From NCBI RefSeq assembly GCF_009914755.1, contig NC_060937.1: a stretch of 64,000 nt of DNA. One strand, written 5' to 3'. Positions 1 to 16,704 of the stretch are shown here, one piece after another. Position 1 is the stretch's first letter. Each line of letters begins with the position of its first letter. Both the position numbers and the translations under genes were made by a program. Source of the DNA: the human T2T-CHM13v2.0 reference genome, Homo sapiens. The notes under the pieces are model-generated. The model saw only the letters and a program-made list of their open reading frames with translations, had not been told where the DNA came from and searched no databases.

Positions 1-589
1 TGAAAGGTGACTATTCTATTTAGAAGGCTACCTGAGGTTAAACAAGAAGGGAAGACAAAATCTATGAACTGTGAGAGATATACGACTTGATCAGTTAACC
101 TCTTGATAATTGCAGTCTCAATTTAAGCGGTTGTTCTCTTAGTTTAAGTGGTTGTTCTCAACATAGTCTTACTGTCTTTCTAGTAAAGGTGCATAGTGAG
201 GGGCAAGGAAGGAGATGGAGGTAAGAAAGTTTTGGTCAATCTTTTCAAGCAACAGATACCTCTATGCTCTCTCAACTATTCTGATACAACCCCTAGGGGA
301 AGGAATTTTCTGTGTTTTGAAAAAACAAAAACCTGCCAGGATGATTTGGTTTTATGTCAATCTCGTCCTAGCAAAGAATTACTGAGTTAATAAAGTAAAG
401 CTCTGAGAGTGAATTTCAGGCTTAGGTCTGGTGGGGACAGGGTATTGAGCTGGAGGATGGAAGGGGACAATGAATACCTGTTACACTGTAATGCTTTCCT
501 GGAGTATTGCAATCACAGAAAAGCAGGCTCTCTAGAGTGGGTATAAAAAATAAGAGACTTAGCCCCAGTTCTTTAGAAATGCTCAATTT

Positions 590-722
590 AGTGGAGGAGG
601 ACAGAAGAAAGAAAAGACAGAAAAGAAAGAAAGAGAGAGAGAGGGACCGAAAGAAAGAAAAAGAAAGAAAGAAAGAGGGGAAAAAAAGAGAAAATACAGA
701 AAAGAGAAGTAGAAAGAAAATG
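590..722. repeat. GA-rich low-complexity / degenerate (AAAG)n tract
   Basis: Almost purely purine run such as gaaaagaaagaaagagagaga...; it explains the K/R/E-rich and F/L/S-rich ORFs here. Confidence 0.9.
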
Positions 723-1638
723 AGATCTGAAATTGTCAAGAGGGCCTGGACCCTGAAGGGAAATTAAGGAAAGCAAAATCCTGATGTGTTCATGTCACTA
801 GACTCCCTTCCTCCTATTTTTGACATGAGAACTAAAAAAACCTTCAAGACATTTGAGAATGGGAGACAAATACTAATCAGATATTTTATAATATGTAGCC
901 ATAGTTTCCTAACCAGGTTCCCTTAAAACGTTCTCAGCCAGTGGTCTTTGTTTTCTGCCCACATTTCAGGTAGGTCTCCTGGAAATCTTTGTGCAACACT
1001 GGAATTAGCTGCCATCGAACCATGGGCTCTGTGCTGTTGGAGCCAAGAGAAAAGAGTAATAAGAGTTGGAACTGGTCTGCTGAGCAAAGGCTCCTTTTTT
1101 TCAAAGCAGGAGGCTGTGGAGTTGGGGGAGGGGAGTTTGATTAAAGGAAGAAAACCTTCTGTGACCAAGGCAACCAGAGGGCCCCCAAAAGCCTGTGGGA
1201 GCCTGGGGGAAGAGGCATGAAGTCCTGTAGATTTGTTACATCAAGATGTTAATGTTTTTAATCAAGGTTCCTAGGTGACCCTCAGGCAATTAACTCATGG
1301 TCCAGTTGTCCTATTATGTATCTTCAGCTGATTCTTCTCTTTGTATATTCTCTTCTCTTTTCCCGACCACCACTACTAAATTTGAGAAGTGGTTATGAGG
1401 TGCTACATCAGCATTAATTTAATCCTAGTACTTAATTCATTTCTTTCTCTTTTGTAGCTGATTGAAAAAAGGAGGAAGTTATTTCAATCAAGGTTTTATC
1501 CTTTTGAGAGAAGGATAATTTAAATATGTGAAACATGATATTTCTAAAACCAGGGAAAGTAGCCTTATGAAATAATTCTGACCATATGAATGAGTCCACA
1601 TTTCATTGTCATTACCAGGTGCACACAACAAGAGCTGA

Positions 1639-1962
<324 letters not shown>

Positions 1963-4192
1963 GAGCTGAACTAGCTTTCTAGATCAATATTCATTCAAGT
2001 GATTATAGGAAAATGGTTATAAAAGTACTGATTTTAAAAATTATAATTTTGAGAGCATAATTGCAAATATATGCCTTAATAGTAGTAGACATTATTTTTA
2101 AGATTACGTGAATTTGAGAACAAGGTAAATTGACAGCTGGTATTTTACCATGCAGGTTGATACGAAAGTTTGAACTGAAAATAAAAGTCCACAAAAATAT
2201 AGGTAAGGAAGTATTTAATAAAATGGCACTTAAATAGAAGAAACATATTTTGCAACTCAACTTCCTGTTTAACACTATTCTTGAAATATTTTACATTGCA
2301 TTCTCTTACCCTCATCTAGTACTATTTAAATTTTTGCTCATCAATTCGTTTGTGGGATATTGGTTCATTAGGAGACACGATTAATTGCATATTACCGATG
2401 ATTCATCAGGGCAAATGTGTTTCATTAATGCAACAGAGTACTGTGAATATGGCCAGCACAAAAAGTACTCAAATATTCACAGAAAATTTAAAAATATATG
2501 TTGAATAGGACTGCCAACAGAACAGACTTGACCCATTAGGGAGGATTTATAATGTCAGGTCTTAACATTTACAGTGTTAGACTTTCAGCTAAATTTCTAG
2601 GAGTTAAGTTTTCCAGAGGAGATGACACCCAGGCACTGTGGCAATATGCTTAAAATTAGAAGGAATAGCTGTCCATTCATTGCTGCTGTCTCCAGAATTT
2701 CTATGGAACATGGTGGCTCGCCTGCTGCCTTCCAGGCAAATTCCTGAAGATAGTTCACTTTATAGCTCTGATTTTGTCAACTACAGAAGAAAATGGGAAG
2801 GAGAAGTAAAGAACGGTTCTTCTTGGTGATAAGTGTTCTGTTTTTCATGACATTGCTCACTGTGGTTTGAATACTTTTTCTAGGAAGAGTGACAGATTTG
2901 CACAGGTGTAGCTATACTCCTTCAACTGTCTTCCTTATTGCTAATCGTGATTTATGAGTTAGCTTTTCTAAGGTTTGGGAAGGCATCTGTGCTGTATCTT
3001 ACAGTGGGCCTAAGGATCCAGGCCTATTTACTATCTGACTGTAATTTTACCCTCTGTATGCTTTCTTCCTTGATGGAAAAAAACTGGTATAAATTATCCA
3101 CCATTTTTCACTGTTAAATGTATGTATTAGGGAGGGCATTCCACAATGGCAGAATAGGAACAGCTCCGGTCCACAGCTCCCAGTGTGATCAACGCAGAAG
3201 ACGGGTGATTTCTGCTTTTCCAACTGAGGTACCTGGTTCATCTCATTGGGACTGGTTGGACAGTGGGTCCACGGAGTGCATTGCGGTGGACAGTGCAGCC
3301 CATGGAGGGTAAGCTGAAGCAGGGTGAGGTGTTGCCTCACCTGGGAAGCACAAGGGGTTGGGGGATTTCCCTTCCCTAGCCAAGTGAAGCCGTGACAGAC
3401 TACCTGGAAAAGCGGGCACTCCCCGCCCAAATACTGCACTTTTCCCAGGGTCTTAGCAACTGGCAGACAAGGTGATTCTCTCCTGTGCCTGGCTCGGCAG
3501 GTACCATGCCCATCGAGCCTTGCTCGCTGCTAGCACAGCAGTCTGAGATCTATCTGCTAGGTGGCAGCCTGGCTGGGGGAGGGGCGTCTGCCATTGCTGA
3601 GGCTTGAGTAGGTAAACAAAGGGGCCGGGAAGCTTGAACTAGGTAGAGCCCACCCCAGCTCAGCAAGGCCTGCTGCCTCTAGGCTCCACCTCTGTGGGCA
3701 GGGCATAGCTGAACAAAAGGCAGCAGACAACTTCTGCAGACTTAAACATCCCTGTCTGACAGCTCTGAAGAGAGCAGTGATTCTCCCAGCATGGTGTTTG
3801 AGCTCTGAGAACAAACAGACTGCCTCCTCAAGTGGGTCCCTGACACCCATGTAGCCTAACTGGAAGACACCTCCCAGTAGGGGCTGACAGACAACTCTTA
3901 TAGGTGGCTGCTCCTCTGGGACGAAGCTTCCAGAGGAAGGATCAGGCATCAATATTTGCTGTTCTGCAATATTTGCTGTTCTGAAGCCTCCATTGGTGAT
4001 ACCCAGGCAAACAGGGTCTGGAGTGGACCTCCAGCAAACTTCAACAGACCTGCAGCTGAGGGGTCTGACTGTTAGAAGGAAAACTAACAAACAGAAAGGA
4101 ATAGCATCAACATCAACAAAAAGGTCATCTACACCAAAACCCCATCTGTAGGTCACCAACATCAAAGACCAAAGGTAGATAAAACCACAAAG

Positions 4193-5217
4193 ATAGGGAA
4201 AACCAGAGCAGAAAAGCTGAAAATTCTAAAAATCAGAACACCCCTTCTCCTGCAAAGGATCACAGCTCCTCAGCAGCAACAAAACAAAGCTGGACAGAGA
4301 AAGACTTTGACAAGTTGACAGAAGTAGGCTTCAGAAGGTCAGTAATAACAAACTTCTCCGAGCTAAAGGAGGATGTTTGAACCCATTGCAAGGAAGCTAA
4401 AAACCTTGAAAAAAGATTAGACAAACGGCTAACTAGAATAAACAGAGTAGAGAAGAACTTAAATGACCTGATGGAGCTGAAAACCATGGCACGAGAACTT
4501 TGTGATGCATGCACAAGCTTCAGTAGCTGATTCAATCAAGTGGAAGAAAGGATATCAGTGATTGAAGATCAAATTAATGAAATAAAGTGAGAAGACAAGG
4601 TTAGAGAAAAAAGAGTAAACAGAAATGAACAAAGTCTCCAAGAAATATGGGACTATGTGAAAAGAACAAATCTACATTTGATTGGTGTACCTGAAAAAGA
4701 TGGGGAGAATGGAACCAAGTTAGAAAACACCCTTCAGGATATTATCCAGGAGAACTTCCCCAACCTAGCAAGGCAGGCCAACATTCAAATTCAGGAAATA
4801 CAGAGAACACCACCAAGATACTCCCCGAGAAGAGCAACCCCAAGACACATAATTGTCAGCTTCACCAAGGTTGAAATGAAGGAAAAAGTGTTAAGGGCAG
4901 CCAGAGAGAAAGGTCGAGTTACCCACAAAGGGAAGCCCATCAGACTAACAGCAGATCTCTTGGCAGAAACTCCACAAGCCAGAAGAGAGTTGGGGCCAAT
5001 ATTCAACATTCTTAAAGAAAAGAATTTTCAACCCAGAATTTCATATCCAGCCAAACGAAGCTTCATAAGTGAAGGAGAAATAAAATCCTTTACAGACAAG
5101 CAAATGCTGAGAGATTTTGTCACTACCAGGCCTGCCCTACAAGAGCTCCTGAAGGAAGCACTAAACGTGGAAAGGAACAACCAGTACCAGCCACGGCAAA
5201 AACATGCCAAATTGTAA
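4193..5217 (+). pseudogene. L1 ORF1p remnant (RNA-binding protein), disrupted
   Basis: Start codon reads ATA (4193-4195) and there are premature stops (e.g. TGA 4378-4380). The C-terminal part is open at 4657-5217 (LIGVPE...ENFPNLARQANIQIQEIQRTP...RPALQELLKEAL). Confidence 0.93.
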
Positions 5218-5280
5218 AGACCATCGATGCTATGAAGAAACTGCATCAACTAACAGGCAAAATAACCAGCTAACATCATA

Positions 5281-9128
<3,848 letters not shown>

Positions 9129-9364
9129 ACAATGAGATCACTTGGACACAGGGCAGGGAACATCACACACTGGGGCCTGTCAGGGGGTGGAGGCCTGGGG
9201 AACTGATAGCATTAGGAGAAATACCTAATGAAAATGTTGAGTTGATGGGTGCAGCAAACCAGCATGGCTCGTGTATACCTATGTGTCAAACCTGCACGTT
9301 GTGCACATGTACCCTAGAACTTAAAGTATAATAATAAAAAGATTAAAAATAAATAAATGAATAA

Positions 9365-9460
9365 ATGTAATCACAACTGCTTTGCAAAGTTGTCATTAGG
9401 ATTAGATATAATATTGCAAGGAGCACAATGGGCTTTTAATACATGGGGACTACTGTTATT
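9365..9460 (+). mobile_element. MIR fragment (3' part)
   Basis: Degenerate similarity to the MIR core/tail (gttgtcattaggattagat...). Confidence 0.4.
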
Positions 9461-10257
9461 CAAAATTCATCAGTCTTCTATTATTTCAGTTTAGATTACT
9501 GAATTTTATTCCATCAAATGGATATCAGGGACAGATGGAGTTGTGGATTAGAATCAAAGATTGGTAGTGCCAGAAGGGATCTGAGAGCACCCAGTCTATT
9601 CAATCTATGACCTTTAAGCAGATAAAAAAACTGTAGCTCGAGCTCATTGTGTCTTATCCTAGATACCATGTAGAAAAATATTACTTACACATGATATTTA
9701 GTACAAGACATACATTGTAGTAAAATAAAATGAAATAATTATTATAATGTTAACAATATTTAACATTATTAAAGCAATAATTGTATTTTTATTATCATAG
9801 TGAGGATCGGTGGGAGACCTAGGAATGGAAATTAGTCCTTAAATCTTCCATTTCAAATTTCTTTCCATAGAAGCAAAAGTTCTTAAATGGGAATAATGAT
9901 GTAACATTCCAAATCAAATCAATCAAATCAAAATGGACAGGGGTAGTATTCACCTACTCTTTTTCATACAGCTTTTTGTGAATTTAAATTCATGGGAAGT
10001 AAATTTGGTTCAAATTGCTTACATTTCATATCTACCTAAAGAGTATATCTTTCCCTAGGAAAGTGTTCTAAAAAAAAAAAAAAAGGAAAGCTAATGTTAG
10101 CCCTATGATTTTACCAAATTTGGGAAGAAAATATATGCTGCAATTTTTATAGCATACATTTGTTGCATTATAAATGTATTTTGTAGGCTTGAAATCACAA
10201 ATTCATATTTTTGGGTCCCTAACAATACTTTGCTATAATAAAGTGAAAATGATTAGA

Positions 10258-10290
10258 CAATATATATATATATTTATATATATATATGTA
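10258..10290. repeat. (TA)n microsatellite, interrupted
   Basis: tatatatatatatttatatatatatatgta. Confidence 0.9.
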
Positions 10291-11479
10291 TCAGATTTAA
10301 AATTACTTTGTCCAACAAGGAAATTTTGTTGTAATCCCAGAGTTGGGTCTGAGGAAAAGCCAGGTCTATGAAAACAATCAGACATGGGCTCTGAAAGAAA
10401 TAAGGTTTGACCAATTGTGACCATCCACTCAATTATTTCAAATAATGTCAGATCATCTTAGGTGGATTATTGAAATAATCTGATTGGTCTGATCATGCCA
10501 AATAAAAAAACTGGGAATCCCAAGTGTCTGAAATTTGGATGTCTGAAATATAGTTAATAAAACATAAAAATAATGAAGTCAATGCTATTTGTTGAAAATA
10601 TTATTAAACTTCAGTCATAAAAATTACCTTTAATTATACTAAAATATATTGCATTTTGGCTTGTAGCCTCAATAGGGTTTTTTGTTTCAGTTTAAGTTTG
10701 AAATATGCTACAAGAATTGGAGCTCAATTAGTATTTATTCAATGAAATAGTGCACACCTGGTAATAAATATAATGACTTTGGATGCATTTACAGAATAGA
10801 TGAATCAGTACTATCTTTAGTAAGTTGTCCTTATTTTATTAGCCTTGCTATGCCTTTTTCCTGCTTTTAACCCCTTCTCCATTCTTACTCTAAACACTAT
10901 TCTTTGAATATTTAAAAAGTGTGACTATTCTGAGAATCGCTAGTCTATGTCGTCAGGTAAAACATATTTTTTGACCTAGCTGGCATTATCCTATGCTAAT
11001 ATAACAGTGTTGCTAACATTCTTGCTATTTCATTAATAAACACTTCACTAATTCTTTCTATTAATCATGAGTTCATGGAAAGGGAGTGTGACATCTGATC
11101 TCTTGAGATGGTCCATAGGCCAGAGTTGGTGCTTGCTTCATTCTACTTCAGATCATGTCAGCTGTGAGTGAGGAGGCTAGTATTTTTTTTCAGTTTACCC
11201 AGCATAGGACCTCTCTGTGTCTTCCTGTTCTGATAAAGAAGAAACAAGGAGTATAAACTTGCCCACTGGACACAATTTTGTGCGTGTGTAGTTTAGCAAA
11301 ATTCACAGACTACCCATCAGAAACCATACACTAGGTGTTCATTCTTCTGATGATGGATGTAATTTAATATTTGTCATTGAATCACAAAAATGGGGTAATT
11401 TGATAGATAATGAAATAAAATAGTCTTAATGCCTCTGTCTTCTCAATCTTCCACAAAAGCGGAAGGAGAAAGGAGGCAT

Positions 11480-11945
11480 CAAGCAACATTTTATTTTGCT
11501 TATGTATTTTGTGGATTAGGAATTCAGACAGCACAGCAGAGATAGCTTGTTTCTGCTTCACCTGTCGGAAGCTTCAGCTTGGGAAGATTTGAAATACGGG
11601 GCATAAATCAAACCGTGAGAGGCTACATTCATCTGGAGGCTTCTTCACTTACATGTCTGGCACCCGGGCTGACATGACCTAAAGGCTGGGCTCAGATAGT
11701 TTTATCAAACAGAGCTCTGACACATGGGCTGTCCATGTGGCTCGAGCTTACTCTCAGCATGGTAGCCTCTGGGTAGCTGACCTTATGAATGTGCATTCCA
11801 GCAAAAAAGATGGCAGCTGCATGGCCTTTTGTGACCTAACCTTGGAAATCACTTCTGCTATATTGGTCAACACTGGCACAAGGCCACTAAGATGCAAGCG
11901 GAGAAGAACAGATTTGATTTCTTGATGAGAAGTTTGTCGTGGAAT
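11480..11945 (-). mobile_element. MLT1 (F/G/H-type) ERVL-MaLR solo LTR
   Basis: Typical MLT1 segments: ttattttgct...gtggattaggaattcagacag, ttcacttacatgtctggc, gcatggccttttgtgacctaaccttggaaatcac. Confidence 0.7.
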
Positions 11946-12286
11946 TCTGGTCTTGCCTTGAAAGTGCACCAGAAGGCATAGGTTTTCTCTGAATCAGCTT
12001 CATTCAGGTGTCATGGATAGCACTCAGATTGTTTACTCCATGATTCTTTGGTGACTCTATTTCAATGTGCATAGACCCTTTTCATTCTATGTGAGATGAA
12101 CACTTTACTGACACAAGAGAGATAATGAAAGACTAAATTTTGCTGAGTGCTGACTGATTATATGTTTTGTCCTTATCCCCACTAAACTCATATTAGCATT
12201 ACATACACCTAATCTATTCTGGGACTAGTGGCGTCTTTGAACCCCTTGGACATGTTTCTTTCCAGGGTCACTGAGCTTTTGAAGAC

Positions 12287-12699
12287 TGCATTAGTCTGTT
12301 TTCACATTACTATAAAGAAATACATGAGACAGCATAATTTATAAAGAAAAGAGGTTTAATTGGGTCATGGTTCTGAGGCTGCAGCATGATGCTGGCATCT
12401 GCTCAGCTTCTAGGTAGGCCTCAGCAAACTTACAGTCATGGTGGAAGACAGAGGGAGCAGGCATGGCACAGGGCCAGAGCAGGAGAAAGAGAGTGAGAGG
12501 GGAGGGGCTACACACTTTTAAACAACTGGATCTCATGAGAACTCACTATCACAAGGACAGCAACAAGGGGATGGTACTAAACCATTCATGCGAAATCTGC
12601 CCCCATGATCCAGTCACCTCCCACCAGGTCCCATCTTCAACACTGGGGATTACATTTCAATATGAGATTTGAATGGGGACACACATCCAAATCATATCA
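12287..12699 (-). mobile_element. MSTA ERVL-MaLR solo LTR
   Basis: TG...CA termini and a close match to antisense MSTA (aatttataaagaaaagaggtttaattgg, gcatgatgctggcatctgctc, ccattcatg...cccccatgatccagtcacctcccaccagg). Confidence 0.9.
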
Positions 12700-13567
12700 G
12701 AGAGGATCTGACTTGATTGGATCAGTTTCCTCAAAGACTCTCTGTCTCCAACCAGATAACTGTATCAGACCACCATCCATGAGGAAAGATTCTCAGAGAT
12801 TCTCTCACAGAGCCCTTGTCCATTATTGAGAACAAAAAAATTAGGATCCAGAGGATGAAAAAGAACTCAAATTTGTGCTTCTGTAATAAGCGTGGATTAA
12901 CATAAGAATAGCAGATTTATGCATACCTAAAGTGTCAAATGCTTTATGAGAAGATGTGGGGCCTTCTAAGGAAGAGGATAAAGTTTTTGTCCTTGAAGGA
13001 ACTTACCATCTTATGCAAAAGGTAGAAAAGTACATGCATCTTCTCAAGAATGTGCAGCCACTGCAGAAATATGTAAAATTAAACACACCATGGAAACATA
13101 CAACTAGGTATAACCATACTTAATAGCTGAGCTGGAATGCATGAACAATTAGAGCGAGGTGGTATTAACAACAAGGAGTGCTCAGTAGTGAAGGTGCTCT
13201 TAAGGGGAGGAAATGGATTCCATAAAGATGAGATAAAGAAGGCATAGTAAGAAGGAAACCCAGAGGTCTCCCTAGGTTTCAGAGAGGTTGAGATAGTTTG
13301 AGTTCTACTTTCAGAGAGGTGTGCTTTTTGACTACATTGAAATTTTGATTCTAATTCTAGCTGCCTAGAAATATATTCCACCTAATATATTTCCTCCTAC
13401 CAACTCTCTCCTCCATCCAGCTACCAAGATCATAGATTTCATGACAGCAAGCCCCCTGCATCACTAGCCTTGGTGTCTTCTGCATAATCTAGAATAATAC
13501 TTTAGTGGAGGATGTGACAGGTACATTTTAATGGAATTGAATTACCTTGAGCAGACTTAGCCCTTGA

Positions 13568-13952
<385 letters not shown>

Positions 13953-14135
13953 ACTCTGGGGTTATTCTTGCATCTGCTTTATAATCAGAACTCTTTCCAT
14001 AAAACGATGCTGTTCCTTTGGCAACCTACACAGCTGATTTCATTGAGCAGTCATATTATGCTAGTTATACTCTATTACTCTTTTGGGCATACCAGTTTTT
14101 GTTGAATGAGCTCAGGGCCTAAGCCAAATGTAAAA

Positions 14136-14216
14136 TGTGTGTGTGTATATATATATACACATATATTTGCATGCATGTATGTGTGTATATATAAGTATAT
14201 ACAGATATGTAGATAT
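14136..14216. repeat. Compound (TG)n/(TA)n simple repeat
   Basis: tgtgtgtgtgtatatatatatacacatatat... Confidence 0.85.
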
Positions 14217-16007
14217 CTGTTTTCAAATACTCTTAGAAAGAAAGGCCCCATCTAGATTTCATAATTATTTCTCCCTCTCCACACTTAACACATTTTTGTT
14301 TTTAGCATTTCCTTTTCTCATTTCCTGTTGACATAGTTCTAGGTTTCAAGGCTTATTTATTCTCCTTGTGCATGTACATTTCATACATTTCTAATCTGAA
14401 AGCTTCTGTCATTCTCAAGGAGGCAAAGCTAATGAAAACTCACATCATCATGGTGCACAGGCAGAACTAGCCCACAGAAGCCCTGCTTGTTGGTCAAAGC
14501 TGGTCCAAGACTCCTTTTGCCAAGATACTGCTGCTGCTACTAATCCCCTCCTAGCTCCTTGGAGTACAGCCCAGAAAGGACAGGTTAGTTTGGGCCCTGA
14601 CAAGGTTATCAGAAAAGCCCCAACACCAAAGACTAAAAATCTGACACTCACAATCCTCACAATGAAGTCAACACAAAACAGAAAGTGATCCTGTTCTTGT
14701 AATCTTAGCTCTGCCCAGGTCACCATCTTGCCTGGCTGGTTTTGTTGATGCCAGCATAATGTGACACAGATTCCAAAGGCACAGCCATTTCCAGGACCAC
14801 AGGGTGGTGGATTATATAACCAAGCTGGGTAGTGTCAGGTTTATCAAAGGCTGATAACTAACAACTCGCAGCTACTTGTCTTGGCCAAAAATGAGGCGGA
14901 GTGAAACAGCTCAAAATTCTGCACAGTCAAATTGAACACATAGTTTATTATAATTTATTTTCTATGCAAAATCTATAGGTCATTTAAAATTCTTTCCTTA
15001 ATACTCTTTATCAGCTGTGCATCTCAAAGCTGATGATGGTACAGGAAACAATTGTGTAATAAGACCCCTAAAATGGTACGAATGTTTGAGTAGATAAAAG
15101 GGCCAGCAGTTGGTGAATTAGCAACCTGAATTCAAATTTTAAATTATGTAACCTCAGGATATACAGGTGATAGAAGACAAAGCACCAAATATTTAAACAG
15201 GAAAAAGTAAAGGTTACATTTCAATCAGTAATGCAATCATTTATTTAAGATGCAGAGGGTCATCAACTCAGCCACCAATACTTATGACTTGAGAATGTTG
15301 AGTTCTATGACTCACCATGGGAAGGATCTGGGTTTCAACTTGTGTCTAAAAGGGAACATTTATTTTAAAATTTTCCCATTCTTTACCCCACATTGGCCTG
15401 ATAATCTGTATTGTGGCTTACAGAATCTTACAGACAAAGTTGAAGTGAGAGAGAAAGCGAAGAATGGGCACATAAAAGGGAATTTGCCCAGATCTAGTCC
15501 TGAAAGACCTACAAGATCCTGCATTTTTTTCAGGTTTTTCACTAATTTTAAAGACTCTGAGAAGTCTTAATCTAGATCCAGGCTCAGGTAAAAATCTAAA
15601 ATGATCGAAGTCTGTGCATGATCTCAATTTTCACACACTCTCCTCTTGGCACTAGCCAGAGCTACCCTTTCCTTTTGGGAAGATACTGGTAGAACATGAT
15701 TGAGTTATTAACTATGGGAATTATTTTGACCTTAAACAAAAACTTGTATTACATGAACTATTATTAAGAATAATGATATATTACACATGTAGAGAGTCTC
15801 ATCACTTTTTAAGACATTGTTGTGTCTATCGAACAACTTTGCCAAGCAGATCAAGAAAGCATTAGCCTCATTTCATACAGCAATTTACTGTAGCTCTAAA
15901 AAGATAAATAATTTACTCAAGAAAAATTAGAAAGTGGGTAGCCCAATGCACTTCCCATCACAAGGCTTTTGTGAGTCTTTCCAAAATGTGTTCCTTGGAA
16001 CACTAGC

Positions 16008-16496
16008 TGTATCAGGCAGAATAATGGCCCCTTCGAAGTTGTCCACATCCTAATCCCTGGATCCTGTGACTGTATTACTTGACATTTCAAAGGGTAGTTA
16101 TGATTGCAGGTGGAATTAAGGTTGCTAATTAACTGATCTGAAAATAGAGAGTTTATCCTGGATTATTTGGGTAAGCCCATTATAATCACAAGGTCCTTAA
16201 AAGTAGAAAAGGGTGTAGAAGAGGTGCTGCCCTGTGAGAAGGGACCAGTCTGCTGTTGTTGGCTTTAAAGATAAAGAAAGGGGGCCCTGAGTCAAGGAAT
16301 GCAGATGGCTCCAAAAGTTGGAAAAGTTAAGGAAATGAACTCTCTCCTAGAACCTTCAGAAAGGAATGCAGACACCTTGACTGCGGCCCAGTGAGACCTG
16401 TGTCAGATTTCTACCTAAGAACTATAACATATTTGTATTGCTATAAGTTACTCAATTTGTGATAATTTGTTGAAACAGCAGTAGAATACTAATGCA
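16008..16496 (+). mobile_element. MLT1D ERVL-MaLR solo LTR
   Basis: tgt...caggcagaataatggcccc, ggaattaaggttgctaat, ending tactaatgca. 5-bp TSD ctagc/ctagt. Confidence 0.85.
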
Positions 16497-16537
16497 CTAG
16501 TCCTGTGACAGGTTTTATTAACAAGTGTTTTCTAAGA

Positions 16538-16704
16538 CAATGGTATGGTGGTAAAGAAAACCTGTTAGTAACTGTCAATTTGTGTGGCGTAACTACTCCC
16601 ACCATGGCCAATTTCAAACTACCACAGTGACATCACTGAACTCAGAATTGGGAAGAGATGCCCACAACCTTAAGCTGGTATGGGCCAGCTGCAGCATACC
16701 ACTG
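16538..16704. mobile_element. MER63-type hAT-Blackjack DNA transposon
   Basis: TIRs caatggtatggtg / cagcataccactg; internal tactcccaccatggccaatttcaaactacc...gacatcactgaac...ttgggaagagatg. Confidence 0.75.

Noticed and set aside
422-776. K/R/E-rich and F/L/S-rich ORFs
   Set aside because: They are translations of the GA-rich low-complexity tract on both strands.
3950-3983. 17-bp tandem repeat caatatttgctgttctg x2
   Set aside because: As I recall, it is a feature of the L1PA6-era 5'UTR consensus rather than locus-specific.
3557-4165. 202-aa antisense ORF in the L1 5'UTR
   Set aside because: It lies wholly in L1 5'UTR sequence, where such frames recur across many copies. There is no independent sign of a gene, and I cannot verify an intact ORF0.
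9362-10084. Possible L1 3' transduction ending at the A15 tract (10070-10084)
   Set aside because: No copy of the L1 5' flank follows the A tract and no AATAAA sits just upstream of it.
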